Notes: generated from the sequence alone by a model not told the origin. Shown: positions 48,653-58,748, counted from the stretch's first letter. The stretch: 64,000 bases of DNA from Acidobacteriota bacterium (GCA_049967655.1 JBMFSH010000012.1:1-64000), one strand, 5' to 3'. Program-made: numbers and translations.

Positions 48653-49348
48653 ATGGCACTGAGGGTTAAGAGAAGAACAGTATCCGATTTCGTTAGGCGA
48701 AAGGTCATTCACCTCGCGGGCAACCGGTGCTCGTTTTGCCCGGAGGACGACGTTAGCATCCTGCAACCGCACCACCTCACCGCTGTTTCCGAGGGCGGTT
48801 CCGACGACTGGGAGAACTAGATCGCAGTGTGTCCAACCTGCCACGAAAAGATCCACAGGGGAACGATATCTACTGCTGAGGCCCTTGCCAGAAAGGCCCT
48901 GCAGCCGGTGCCGTCAACTCGCCGCGAGCAAAGCAAGGGCACGGCGCCTATCGTGGAGATCCAAGGCGACTTGCATCAAAGCACGGTGGCTGTGGGTGCC
49001 ACCGTGAACATCCGGACCAGTGGTCGAGGGAAGCCGAAGCTACTGCCGGCACCGGACTCCCTGGGGGCAGCGCCCTGTAAGCTTCGATATTGCCGCTATC
49101 TAGTCGACAGATACCATGAATTCAAGCGATCAGAAGTGGGAAAGGACCAGATAAACTACGCGATTCTCCACGGTTCCATCAAGAGGGAATTCAAGGCCGC
49201 CCTTCCGAACATTCCGGCGCACCGCTTCGAAGATGTAGCGGAGTATCTGCAAGGCAGAATCCTAAAGAGCAAGGTTGGCCGCAATCTCAACGCTAAAGGG
49301 CAGAAAGTGTTTGAGGACTTCGAGGAATTCCGTCAAAGGCACTGCTGA
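48653..49348 (+). pseudogene. HNH endonuclease with C-terminal helical domain and one in-frame TAG (48818-48820)
   Basis: SD GAGGAGG plus ATG 48653; MALRV...CSFC...HH.T.VSEGGSDDWEN*IAVCPTCHEKIH is in frame with ORF 48827..49348. Confidence 0.85.
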
Positions 49349-49415
49349 CCGCGGCGACGGCCTGGGGTGGCCCCGTATGGTGCATCTCGCCCGCCCCGCA
49401 GGGGCGGCATGCGTC

Positions 49416-49532
49416 CCGACGCCGGTGGGCCTTATGTGAGGAAGGTGAGGTGACCACACCGCGAGCGTACTCAAGGTACGCTGAGGATGTGGGCGCCGAC
49501 GCCTGACGACACAGAAGGTCCGCCGCCGTCGG
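49416..49532. mobile_element. MITE/REP-like element with imperfect terminal inverted repeats and a central palindrome
   Basis: TIR ccgacgccggtgggccttatgtg vs cacagaaggtccgccgccgtcgg (19/23 by eye); AGCGTAC-tcaag-GTACGCT at 49464-49482. Confidence 0.6.
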
Positions 49533-49834
49533 CGCACTCTTCGAGGGGGTGGGGACGGTCCTTCGAAGGCACGAGAGCCGGCCGCCCGAAGGGCGTGCCA
49601 GGACGCGCGCGGCGGCGGGGAGGAAGGCGCGGGGGCAGGAGATGCCGAGACCCCGAGTCAGGAAACCGCTGGAGGAGGCCACGGGGTGACGCTCCATGCT
49701 GGAGCGCCTTTCGCCCCGGTGGCGCCGCGTCTTGGCCAGGGCGCCGGAGGCGCCCGGCGGCTCGCCGCGGTGAGGCGGGAGCCCCTTTGACGCATCGCGC
49801 CGGGGAGGGCTCCTGCGAGGCGCCGGCGAGGGGC

Positions 49835-51184
49835 CTACCGCTCGAGCTTGCCCTTGAGGACGCCGGCGGCGACGAGGAGCGGGTCCCAGACGGGGGCGAA
49901 GGGCGGCGCGTAGGCGAGGTCGAGCATGGAGAGCTCCTCCACCTTCATCCCGCAGGTCAGCGCGGCGGCGAGGGTGTCGACGCGCCCCTTGGTCCCCTCC
50001 GGGCCGCAGACCTGCCCGCCCAGCAGGCGCCCGCGCCGGTCGGCGGTGAGGTGAACGAGGACGCCGCCACCGCCGGGGTAGTAACCCGCGCGGCTGCCCG
50101 CTTCGATCCAGGCCTCAACGGGGTCGAAGCCCGCCTCCCGGGCCTGGGCCGGGTCCAAACCGGTGACGCCCACCTCCAGGCCGAAGGCCCGCGTGATAGC
50201 CGTGCCCACCACGCCGGGAAAGCGCTCGCGCCCGCCGGCGATGTTGGTGCCCGCCACCCGGCCCATCTTGTTGGCCGTCGTGCCCAGGGGGATGTAGACG
50301 GGCCGGCCCGTCACCAGGTGGCGGACCTCGCAGCAGTCCCCCGCCGCCCAGACGCCGTGCACCCCCGTGGCGCAGGTCTCGTCCACCTGGATGGCGCCGT
50401 TTCGGGCCAGCGGGACCGGCGAGCCGCGCAGGAAATCGGTGGCGGGCCTCACCCCCGTGGCGATGAGGAAGAGGTCGGCGGCGAGCTCGCCCCGGTCGGT
50501 GCGCAGGGCCAGGAGGCGGCCGTTCGCGCCCAGCGCCTCCAGCACCTGTGTCTCCAAGAGGAGGCGGACGCCGCGCTCCTCCAGCTCCCGCAGGAGGCGG
50601 TCGCGCAGCGGCTCCACCAGGTTCTTGAGGAGGCGCGTGGAGCGGTTGATGAGGGTCACCGCCATGCCTCGGGCGGCGAAGTTCTCGGCCATCTCCAGGG
50701 CGATGTAGCCCGTGCCCCAGATGAGCGCCGAGCGGGGGCGGACCGCCTCGATGAAGGTGGTGAGGCGGCGGCCGTCGGGCAGGTCGTGGAGCGTGAAGAG
50801 GTTGTCGCCCGAAAGGCCGCGCAGATCGGGCAGCACCGGTGTGCTCCCCGTGCTGATGAGGAGGGCGTCGTAGTCCTCCTCGGCGGTCCGGCCGGAGGCC
50901 AGGTCCTCCACGCGGACCCGCTTCTTGCCCTCCATGAGCTCCACGACTCGCTGGCGCAGGCGCACCTCGATGCCGCGCCGCTGGATCTCCTCGGGGTCCA
51001 GGGCGCTCAGGTCGTCGAAGCTCGGCGTGATGCCCCCCACCACGTAGGGCAGGCCGCAGGCGCCGTAGGAGAGGTCGGGCCCCGCCTCGAGGACGGTGGC
51101 CTCCCACTCGGGCCGCATCCGCCGGAGCTTGCTTGCCGCGCTCATGCCAGCCGCCATTCCCCCGATCACGAGCAATTTGGGCAT
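49835..51184 (-). CDS. FAD-dependent CoA-disulfide reductase / NADH oxidase family
   Basis: IGG.AAGMSAA, SYGACGLPY redox Cys, G.GYIALE, AAGDC, DLAYAPPF. Confidence 0.93.
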   Translation of the reverse strand: MPKLLVIGGMAAGMSAASKLRRMRPEWEATVLEAGPDLSYGACGLPYVVGGITPSFDDLSALDPEEIQRRGIEVRLRQRVVELMEGKKRVRVEDLASGRTAEEDYDALLISTGSTPVLPDLRGLSGDNLFTLHDLPDGRRLTTFIEAVRPRSALIWGTGYIALEMAENFAARGMAVTLINRSTRLLKNLVEPLRDRLLRELEERGVRLLLETQVLEALGANGRLLALRTDRGELAADLFLIATGVRPATDFLRGSPVPLARNGAIQVDETCATGVHGVWAAGDCCEVRHLVTGRPVYIPLGTTANKMGRVAGTNIAGGRERFPGVVGTAITRAFGLEVGVTGLDPAQAREAGFDPVEAWIEAGSRAGYYPGGGGVLVHLTADRRGRLLGGQVCGPEGTKGRVDTLAAALTCGMKVEELSMLDLAYAPPFAPVWDPLLVAAGVLKGKLER

Positions 51185-51306
51185 CGTGTCACCTCCCGCG
51201 CACCGCCGTGAGGGCCGCGCGCCTCCTTATTGTACCCTCGGTCCTACGGATATCGCGAGTTCGCGCCGCCCTTGTCCCGCGGCTCTTGCCTGGCTATGCT
51301 GGCGGG

Positions 51307-52083
51307 ATGAAGGAATTTCGGCGCTTCCACCCGATGACGCCCGCCGAGGTGCGGGAGAGGCTTGAGCACGAGGCTCCCGAGGAGCTGTGGTCGGCGGGAG
51401 AGCCCCTGGCCGGCGGCCGGGGGACGGCCCGGCTGCTCGATGTGGCCGGTCAGCGGGTGATCCTGAAGCGGGAGCGGCGGGGCGGGCTGGCGGGGCGCAT
51501 CCTTCCCGATTTCTATCTGCTGGAGGGCCCTTTCCTCGCCGAGTGGGAGATGGCCTGCCGGCTGGCGGAGGCGAAGCTGGCACCCCAGCCCTACGCCCAG
51601 GTGTTCCGCCCGGCGGGACCCCTGTTCGCCGTCTTCACCCTCTCGCGGGCGGTCCCTCAGGCGCCTTCCCTCCTGGGGCTCTGGACGGAGGGGCGGCTGG
51701 GGCCGGAGCAGCTCCGGACGGCCGGGGCGGCGGTGGGCCGGCTCCACCGGGCCGGCCTGCTCCACGGCGATCTCAACGCCGGCAACCTGCTGCTGGACGA
51801 GGGGGGGGCGGCGCTCTTCCTGGACCTGCGCCACTCCAGGCTCGAGCCCGGTCCGCCACCCGCCGGCCCCAGGGGCCGCAACCTCCTGCGCCTGAGCCGC
51901 TCCCTGCACAAGCTCCACTACCTGCGCTCCCTGCCCTGGCCCGAAGGCTGCTGGGAGGCCCTGGCGGATGGCTACGCCACCGGCTGGGGCGAGCGCGAGC
52001 CCTGGCTGACGGAGTGGATCGCCCGCAGCCGCCGCGGATTCGGCCTCTCCCATCTGGGCTGGAGACTGCTGAGGGGAAGCTGA
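51307..52083 (+). CDS. Lipopolysaccharide kinase (Kdo/WaaP family, KdkA-like)
   Basis: GGRG, LK..RRGG, LH..G..HGDLNAGNLL, NLLRL.RSL.K. Confidence 0.85.
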   Translation: MKEFRRFHPMTPAEVRERLEHEAPEELWSAGEPLAGGRGTARLLDVAGQRVILKRERRGGLAGRILPDFYLLEGPFLAEWEMACRLAEAKLAPQPYAQVFRPAGPLFAVFTLSRAVPQAPSLLGLWTEGRLGPEQLRTAGAAVGRLHRAGLLHGDLNAGNLLLDEGGAALFLDLRHSRLEPGPPPAGPRGRNLLRLSRSLHKLHYLRSLPWPEGCWEALADGYATGWGEREPWLTEWIARSRRGFGLSHLGWRLLRGS

Positions 52084-52103
52084 CGTAAAGAGCCTGGGAG
52101 CGC

Positions 52104-53351
52104 TCAGGCCTCCACGAGCTGGGCGGCGAGTCCCTCGCTCCCGACCGACCGGAGGGCCACCGTCACGAAGCGGTTCGGCTCCTCGGGGCGGGGAAGGGCG
52201 ACGTGGAGGAAGTTCTCAGTGAGCGCCCGGCCCCGATCCGCCGCCGGGGCCAGGGTCAGGGCGGACAGGGGGCGGCCCACGAACCGGGCCGCGAAGGCAA
52301 GGCGCTTGTGTTCTCCGAGCGCCCGGACGCGGCGGGTCCTCTCCGCGGCCTCCCGCTGGGGGATGGAGGGCATGGCTGCCGCGGCGGTTCCGGGCCTGGG
52401 CGAATAGGTGAAGGCGTGGACGAAGGCGACGGGGGAGCGCTCCAGGAGGGCCAGGGTCGCCTCGAAATCGGTCGGGCTCTCCGTGGGAAACCCCACCAGC
52501 ACGTCGGCGCCGATGCCCACGCCCGGCACCTCCTCCGCGAGCGCCCGGAGCTGCTCCTCGTAGAAGGCCGCGCGGTAGTTGCGGCGCATGGCCCTCAGGA
52601 CGGTATCGGAACCGCTCTGGAGGGGGACCTGGAGGTGCTTGGCGAGGGCCGCCTCCCGGCGCATGAGCGACCGGATTCCCGGCGTAACCGCCCGGGGTTC
52701 GACGGAGTTGAGGCGGATGCGGTACCGCCCCGGCACCGCGAGGAGCCGCTCCAGCAGTCCCTCCAGGCCTCCCCGGAAACCGTTATCCTTGCCGTATTCC
52801 CCGGTGTTCACGCCGGTGAGAACCACCTCCCGATACCCCACATCCAGTAGGGCCCGAAAATCCTCCACCACCACTTCCACCGGGACGGAGCGGGAAGGGC
52901 CGCGCACCGAGGGGATGATGCAGTAGGTGCAGGGGAAGTTGCAGCCTTCCTGGACCTTGAGAAAGGCCCGCGTGCGATCGCCGAAGTGGGGGACGCAGGC
53001 GTGCCCTCTCCCCCCCTCAGAACCGGCGACCCGGTCCAGAAAGGCCGCGAGATCCTCATCGGTGGCCAAGACCTCGTCCACCTCCGGCATGGCCCTGTAG
53101 GGCGTCTGGTCCCGCCGCACGGAGCAGCCCATGACCGCGAGCAGGGCGTGGGGGTTGCGCCTTCGCAGGCACCGAAGAGCCTGCCTCGCCTCACGGTCCG
53201 CCTTGTGGGTCACGGTGCAGGTGTTCAGGAGGATGAGGTCGGCCTCTTCGGGACGCCGGGCCTCCTCGCAGTGGGGCCGCATGCGCCCAGCCGCCCTCGC
53301 CGAATCGGCCTGGTTCAGTTTACAGCCCAGCGTAAGGATGGCGACCTTCAG
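52104..53351 (-). CDS. mtaB: tRNA methylthiotransferase MtaB (radical SAM), probable CTG start
   Basis: TLGCKLNQ, NTCTVT..AD, RAFLKVQEGCNFPCTYCIIP, LQSGSD, YSPRPGT. Confidence 0.88.
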   Translation of the reverse strand: MKVAILTLGCKLNQADSARAAGRMRPHCEEARRPEEADLILLNTCTVTHKADREARQALRCLRRRNPHALLAVMGCSVRRDQTPYRAMPEVDEVLATDEDLAAFLDRVAGSEGGRGHACVPHFGDRTRAFLKVQEGCNFPCTYCIIPSVRGPSRSVPVEVVVEDFRALLDVGYREVVLTGVNTGEYGKDNGFRGGLEGLLERLLAVPGRYRIRLNSVEPRAVTPGIRSLMRREAALAKHLQVPLQSGSDTVLRAMRRNYRAAFYEEQLRALAEEVPGVGIGADVLVGFPTESPTDFEATLALLERSPVAFVHAFTYSPRPGTAAAAMPSIPQREAAERTRRVRALGEHKRLAFAARFVGRPLSALTLAPAADRGRALTENFLHVALPRPEEPNRFVTVALRSVGSEGLAAQLVEA

Positions 53352-54391
53352 GGCTTGCCTCCTGCCCCTCCCTGGACGGCCGGGGCTGAGCCCCCCTGCG
53401 GAGCTTCGGGGGCCTTGGGTTGGGCGGCCGCGGCCGCCTCCCTGTCGATCTGGGCCCGGAGAGCGTCGATCTCGCTCTGGTGGGTTCCGAAGCGCTCGGC
53501 CATCACGAGCTCCGCCTGGGCCTCCTTGAACTTCTTCTGGCGCAGGTCCAGCTTGGCGAGAACCAGGTGGGCCTCGGGACCCTCGGAGGCCCTCAGGGAG
53601 GCCATGAGCAGGCGCCTGGCTTCGATCAGGCGCCCCGACTCCATCCGGATCTCGGCCAGCGTGAGAAGCCCCAGGTAGGCCTTCGGGTAGCTCTTCTTCT
53701 CCAGGCTCTCCAGGATGCCGGCGCTCTCCGTTGTGCGGCCGGTGTCCTTCAGAACCACCGCCAGGCAGCACTTGGCGTCGTCGTAATCGGGCTCTAGCTC
53801 CACCGCCTTGCGGAAATAGACCTCTTGAAGGAGGGGGTCCGGGGAGATTCGCCCCCGGATGTAGCTCTCGAAGGCCTGGGGGCTCACCTTGGGAGGCCCC
53901 GCCCAGGGCTTGTCCAGCACCGTGAAGACGTCGTGCCCCAGCTTGCCGGTGAGGTCCAGCAGGCCCTGGAGGTCCTCCTCCTCGTCCCAGCCGTTCAGGC
54001 GCCTGAGGTTGCCCCTGAGGTCGTAGGCGTCCAGGTGCACCGACAGGGTCGTGTCGGTGACCGAGTAGCGGCCGAAGAAGAGGACCCCGGCGCCGAGCTG
54101 GCGGGCCAAGGCCACGGCGGCGGGCAGATCGAAGGTGGGATCCTCCACCAGCCCCTCCTGCTCGAAGAGCCGTTTGAGGTTGTCGTACGGGATGTTGGCG
54201 ACGCCGCCCCGCGTGAGGGACTCGTCCAGGGCCACCGCCAGCCCGGTCCCGATCCAGCTCGCCGAGACGGGCCCGCTGGTCTGGGCCGGAGGGAAGACGA
54301 GCACCCGCTGGGCAAGGAGCGGGGGGCATCCGAGGAGCACAAGGGCCGTCACGATGAGCCATCTCTTCACGCCATTGTTCGAGGGGTTCAT
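53348..54391 (-). CDS. Secreted TolB-N-like / TPR protein
   Basis: Signal peptide, WIG.GL, AFESYIRG, C-terminal TPRs. Confidence 0.78.
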   Translation of the reverse strand: MNPSNNGVKRWLIVTALVLLGCPPLLAQRVLVFPPAQTSGPVSASWIGTGLAVALDESLTRGGVANIPYDNLKRLFEQEGLVEDPTFDLPAAVALARQLGAGVLFFGRYSVTDTTLSVHLDAYDLRGNLRRLNGWDEEEDLQGLLDLTGKLGHDVFTVLDKPWAGPPKVSPQAFESYIRGRISPDPLLQEVYFRKAVELEPDYDDAKCCLAVVLKDTGRTTESAGILESLEKKSYPKAYLGLLTLAEIRMESGRLIEARRLLMASLRASEGPEAHLVLAKLDLRQKKFKEAQAELVMAERFGTHQSEIDALRAQIDREAAAAAQPKAPEAPQGGSAPAVQGGAGGKP

Positions 54392-55719
54392 GGTCGTCCT
54401 TTCGGTGAGCGGGCCGCGGCCCGCTTTCGGCGCTCCCGCCAGGTCTCCATCCACTGCCCTATGCGGGCCTCGAAGCCCGCCTCGCCGGGAACATAGTACC
54501 GCCTTCCGGCGAGCTGCGGGGGCAGGCACTGGAGGTCCGCGATCCCTTCGGGCTCATCGTGGGCGTAGCGGTAGCCCTGGCCGTATCCCGCCTCCTCCAT
54601 GAGCCGGGTCGGTGCGTTCCTGAGGGCCATGGGAACGGGATAGCGGTGGCCCTTGCGGAGGTCGGCGGCCACCGCCTGCTGGGCCACGTAGACGCGGTTC
54701 GACTTGGGAGCCACGGCCACGTAGACCGTGGCCTGCGCCAGGGCCAGCGCGCCCTCCGGCATCCCCAGGAAGTCGATGGCCTCTTTCGCGTCCAGGGCCC
54801 TGCGCAGGGCCTGCGGATCGGCCGTACCCACGTCCTCGGAGGCGGCGCGGACGAGCCGCCGGGCGAGGTAGAGCGGCTCTTCCCCGCCCTCCAGCATCCG
54901 GAAAAGCCAGTAGAGGGCGGCGTCGGGATCCGAGTTGCGGATGGACTTGTGGTAGGCGCTGATGAGGTTGTAGTGCTCCTCCCCGCCCCAGTCGTAGAGC
55001 ACCCGGCCGCTCGTGAGCCAGGCCCTGGCCTCCGCCGGCTCCATGGAGGAGTCCGCCGGATACTGGAGGGCCAGCGCCTCCAGCGCGTTCAGCGCGAACC
55101 GGGCATCGCCGGCGGCCATCCGGGCCAGCTCCTGAAGCACGCTCTCGGGAACGGCCCGGCCCTTCTCGGCCAGGATGGCGTCCTCCCCCTGGACGCGCCT
55201 GAGAACGGACAGGATGTGCTCCTCCGACAGGGGGGCCAGGGTGACCACCCGGCATCGGGAGAGCAGGGCCGGCGTGAGGTGGAAGGAGGGGTTCTCGGTG
55301 GTGGTGCCCAAAAGGATCACGGAACCCTCCTCGAGGTAGGGCAGGAAGGCGTCCTGCTGGGCCTTGTTGAAGCGGTGGATCTCGTCGATGAAGAGGATGG
55401 TCGGGGTGCCCTCGCCGCGCCAGCGGGTGCGCGCGCGCTCCATCACCTCCCGGACCTCCTTCAGGGTGGATAAAACGGCCGAGAGGCCCACGAAGGGCCT
55501 CCGGCTGTGACGTTCGATGATTCGCGCGAGGGTGGTCTTTCCCGCCCCCGGGGGGCCCCAGAGGATGGTGCTCGCGAGGCTGTCCGAGGCGAGGGCGCGA
55601 CCCGTCGGCGTCTCGGGGCCGACGACCGCATCCAGCCCCACCAGGTCCTCCCAGCGCTTCGGGCGGGCCCTCTCCGCCAGCGGCGGAGCCTCACCCTCGG
55701 AGCGGAAGAGGGAGGTCAT
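54388..55719 (-). CDS. rarA: Replication-associated recombination protein A
   Basis: [55 protein letters not shown]. Confidence 0.96.
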   Translation of the reverse strand: MTSLFRSEGEAPPLAERARPKRWEDLVGLDAVVGPETPTGRALASDSLASTILWGPPGAGKTTLARIIERHSRRPFVGLSAVLSTLKEVREVMERARTRWRGEGTPTILFIDEIHRFNKAQQDAFLPYLEEGSVILLGTTTENPSFHLTPALLSRCRVVTLAPLSEEHILSVLRRVQGEDAILAEKGRAVPESVLQELARMAAGDARFALNALEALALQYPADSSMEPAEARAWLTSGRVLYDWGGEEHYNLISAYHKSIRNSDPDAALYWLFRMLEGGEEPLYLARRLVRAASEDVGTADPQALRRALDAKEAIDFLGMPEGALALAQATVYVAVAPKSNRVYVAQQAVAADLRKGHRYPVPMALRNAPTRLMEEAGYGQGYRYAHDEPEGIADLQCLPPQLAGRRYYVPGEAGFEARIGQWMETWRERRKRAAARSPKGRP

Positions 55720-55743
55720 GGGCTGCCTCCGGCCGGGAGAGCT

Positions 55744-56331
55744 CTAAGCCTGGTCGCCGGGCTTTCCCTCGCTCGGTTCCGGGGCCGGCTCCGCGGCCTG
55801 CTCGGGTGCGGCCTCGGGCTTCGTGGCTTCCTCGGCCGCCGCGGCCTTGGGTTTTCTGGGGGCGCGGGCCTTCTTCTTTGCAGCGGCCTCTTCGGCGGGC
55901 GGTTCCGGCGCGGTCTTCGCGGCCTTCTCGCCCTTCCCCTTGCCCTTGCCCTTCTTGGCCTCTTCAAGCTTGGGCTCACGGTCCACGAGCTCGATGAGTG
56001 CGACCTGCGCCCCGTCGCCCTTGCGGAACCCTAGCTTCACGATGCGGGTGTAGCCCCCGGGGCGCTGCGCATAGAGTGGTCCGAGCGTGGAGAAGAGCTT
56101 CTTCAGAACCGCGGGGTCCTGGATGTGCCGGGCGGCCGTCCGCCGGGCGTGGAGCGTGTCCTTCTTGGCCAGGGTGATGAGGCGCTCGACGAAACGGCGG
56201 AGCTCCTTGGCCTTCTCGAGGGTGGTCTGGATCCGGTCATGCCGCACCAGGCTCGCGGCCTGGTTGCGGAGCATGGCGATCCGGTGTTCAGTGGTGCGGC
56301 CGAGCTTTCGATGGTCTATCTGATGGCGCAT
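55744..56331 (-). CDS. rplQ: 50S ribosomal protein L17 with long K/A/E/P-rich C-terminal tail
   Basis: MRH...[19 protein letters not shown]. Confidence 0.97.
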   Translation of the reverse strand: MRHQIDHRKLGRTTEHRIAMLRNQAASLVRHDRIQTTLEKAKELRRFVERLITLAKKDTLHARRTAARHIQDPAVLKKLFSTLGPLYAQRPGGYTRIVKLGFRKGDGAQVALIELVDREPKLEEAKKGKGKGKGEKAAKTAPEPPAEEAAAKKKARAPRKPKAAAAEEATKPEAAPEQAAEPAPEPSEGKPGDQA

Positions 56332-56338
56332 AGCGTCC

Positions 56339-57286
56339 TCACACGTTCATGCCAAGGGTCAGGTTCATCTCCTCAAGGGCGGCCGAGACCTCCTTGAGGG
56401 ATTTCTCGCCAAAGCCCTTGACGCTTCGCAAATCCCCCTCGGTCTTCTTGACCAGGTCCCTGAGCGTCTGGAACTTCATAGCCCCGAGCCTCTTGGCCAC
56501 GCCCTCCGAGACGTTTAACTCGGCGATGGGGCGGGAGAGCAGGCGCTCCAGTTCGTTCGGATCGGCGAGCTTGGTCCCCTGCGGGATGACCGCCGCGTCC
56601 GGCCCCGTGAGGGCGGCGAACAGCTCCATGTGCGCCGTCAACAGACGCGAAGCCCTGGCCACGGCGTCCTGGGGAGTGATGGCCCCGTTGGTCCACACCT
56701 CGAGCTTCAGGCGTTCGTAGTCGGTGGCCTCCCCGACGCGCGTTTCGGTCACCTCGTAGTTCACCTTCCGCACCGGAGAATGGATGGAGTCGATGGCGAT
56801 GAAGTTGGGATCCGCGACGCCGTTCGCCTCCGCCGGAACGTAGCCGCGCCCCTTGTTGAGCAGGAGCTCCATGGTGAGAGAGCCCTCCTCGTTGAGCGTG
56901 GCGACGGGGGCGTCGGGGTTCAGGATCCGGATGGTGCCGTCGTGCTGGATGTCCTTGGCCGTCACCGTCGCGGGGCCCTTGACCGACAGGCGGAGGGTCT
57001 TGGGGTCGTCGGAGTGCTGGATGAACTGGATGGCCTTGAGGTTCAAGACGATGTCCGTCACGTCCTCGATCACGCCGGGGACGGAGGTGAACTCGTGCAG
57101 GATCCCCTCGATCCGCACCGCCGTGAGCGCCGCCCCTTCGATGGAGGAGAGGAGGATCCGCCGCAGCGTGTTGCCGAGCGTGATGCCCCACCCCCGCTCG
57201 AGGGGCTGTGCCACGAACTCGCCGTAGCGGTCCGTGAGGGTTTCTATGTTGCACTCGATGAGAGTGGGCATTTGAAAGTCTTGCAT
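56339..57286 (-). CDS. rpoA: RNA polymerase alpha subunit
   Basis: PLERG.G.TLGN.LRR.LLSS, HEF...GV.ED, GRGYV, DSIHSPV. Confidence 0.97.
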   Translation of the reverse strand: MQDFQMPTLIECNIETLTDRYGEFVAQPLERGWGITLGNTLRRILLSSIEGAALTAVRIEGILHEFTSVPGVIEDVTDIVLNLKAIQFIQHSDDPKTLRLSVKGPATVTAKDIQHDGTIRILNPDAPVATLNEEGSLTMELLLNKGRGYVPAEANGVADPNFIAIDSIHSPVRKVNYEVTETRVGEATDYERLKLEVWTNGAITPQDAVARASRLLTAHMELFAALTGPDAAVIPQGTKLADPNELERLLSRPIAELNVSEGVAKRLGAMKFQTLRDLVKKTEGDLRSVKGFGEKSLKEVSAALEEMNLTLGMNV

Positions 57287-57308
57287 GGGCTTCCGCTCTC
57301 CTTAGGCC

Positions 57309-57935
57309 TTACTTCGAGTAGAGCTCGATGATGAGCTGCTCTTCGATGGGATAGGTGACGTCGGCCCGCTGGGGCTCCCGGACCACGCGACCCTTGAGGT
57401 TCTCCCGGTCCAGCTCCAGCCACTCGGGGACGCCCCGGCCGCTGGAGGATTCTACGGAGGCGAGCAGGAAGACGTTCTTGGCGAGGTTGGCGGCGAGGCC
57501 GATCTCGTCCCCGGGGCGCACCTGGTAGTTGGCCACGTTCACCCGCCTGCCGTTCACGCGGATGTGACCGTGGGAGACCCACTGCCGCGCCTGCTGGCGG
57601 GAGGAGGCAAAACCGAGGCGGTAGACCACGTTGTCCAGGCGCTTTTCGAGCAGACCGATCAGGTTCTCGCCAGTGACGCCGCGGAGCCGGTCGGCCTCCT
57701 TGAAGTAGTTGCGGAACTGTTGCTCGAGGACGCCGTAGATCCTCTTCATCTTCTGCTTCTCGCGGAGCTGGAGGCCGTAGCCCTTGAGCTTCCCGCGACG
57801 CCTCGCGTGCTGACCTGGGGGCGTGTTCCTCTTCTCGATGGCGCACTTCTCCTTGAAGCAGCGGTCGCCCTTGAGGAAGAGCTTGACGGCATCCCGGCGG
57901 CAAAGACGGCAAACGGCAGCATGGTACCGAGCCAA
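57309..57935 (-). CDS. rpsD: 30S ribosomal protein S4 (Zn-ribbon form, TTG start)
   Basis: CRLCRR..KLFLKG.RC...C, QLREKQK, RLDNVVYR. Confidence 0.98.
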   Translation of the reverse strand: MARYHAAVCRLCRRDAVKLFLKGDRCFKEKCAIEKRNTPPGQHARRRGKLKGYGLQLREKQKMKRIYGVLEQQFRNYFKEADRLRGVTGENLIGLLEKRLDNVVYRLGFASSRQQARQWVSHGHIRVNGRRVNVANYQVRPGDEIGLAANLAKNVFLLASVESSSGRGVPEWLELDRENLKGRVVREPQRADVTYPIEEQLIIELYSK

Positions 57936-57950
57936 GGCAGTCCTCCTATC

Positions 57951-58346
<396 letters not shown>

Positions 58347-58367
58347 GAATCTTCTCCTTGCAACCGC

Positions 58368-58748
58368 CTACTTCTTGGTGGCCTTCTTCTTTCCCGCGAT
58401 GGCCCGCCTGGGGCCCTTGTGGGTCCTGGCGTTGGTGTGGGTCCGCTGGCCGTGCACGGGAAGGCCCGTACGGTGGCGGATGCCGCGGTAGGACCCGATG
58501 TCGATGAGCCTGCGGATGTCCATCTGGATCTTCTTGCGCAGATCGCCCTCGACGTTGCCTTCGTCGGTGATGACCTTGCGGATGCGGGAGACCTCATCCT
58601 CGGTCAGGTCCTTCACCCGGACGTCCCGGCTCACGTTGGCCTTGCCCAGAATCTCCTGGGCCCTGGACAGGCCGATCCCATAGATGTAAGTCAGCCCGAT
58701 TTCGACCCGCTTGTTCAGGGGGAGATCGACTCCAGCAATACGCGCCAC
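58368..58748 (-). CDS. rpsM: 30S ribosomal protein S13
   Basis: GTG start, ARIAGVD, YIYGIG, YRG.RH..GLPV.GQRT.TNART. Confidence 0.98.
   Translation of the reverse strand: MARIAGVDLPLNKRVEIGLTYIYGIGLSRAQEILGKANVSRDVRVKDLTEDEVSRIRKVITDEGNVEGDLRKKIQMDIRRLIDIGSYRGIRHRTGLPVHGQRTHTNARTHKGPRRAIAGKKKATKK

Noticed and set aside
46977..48820. Genome-wide TAG reassignment or pyrrolysine as the explanation for the two in-frame ambers
   Set aside because: Many core genes here end in TAG at their expected positions (rpmA, glnA, aspS, rpsE), and no pyl genes or suppressor tRNA are visible in the window.
55744..55980. Long C-terminal tail of L17 as a novel domain
   Set aside because: Low-complexity K/A/E/P tails on L17 are common in several phyla.
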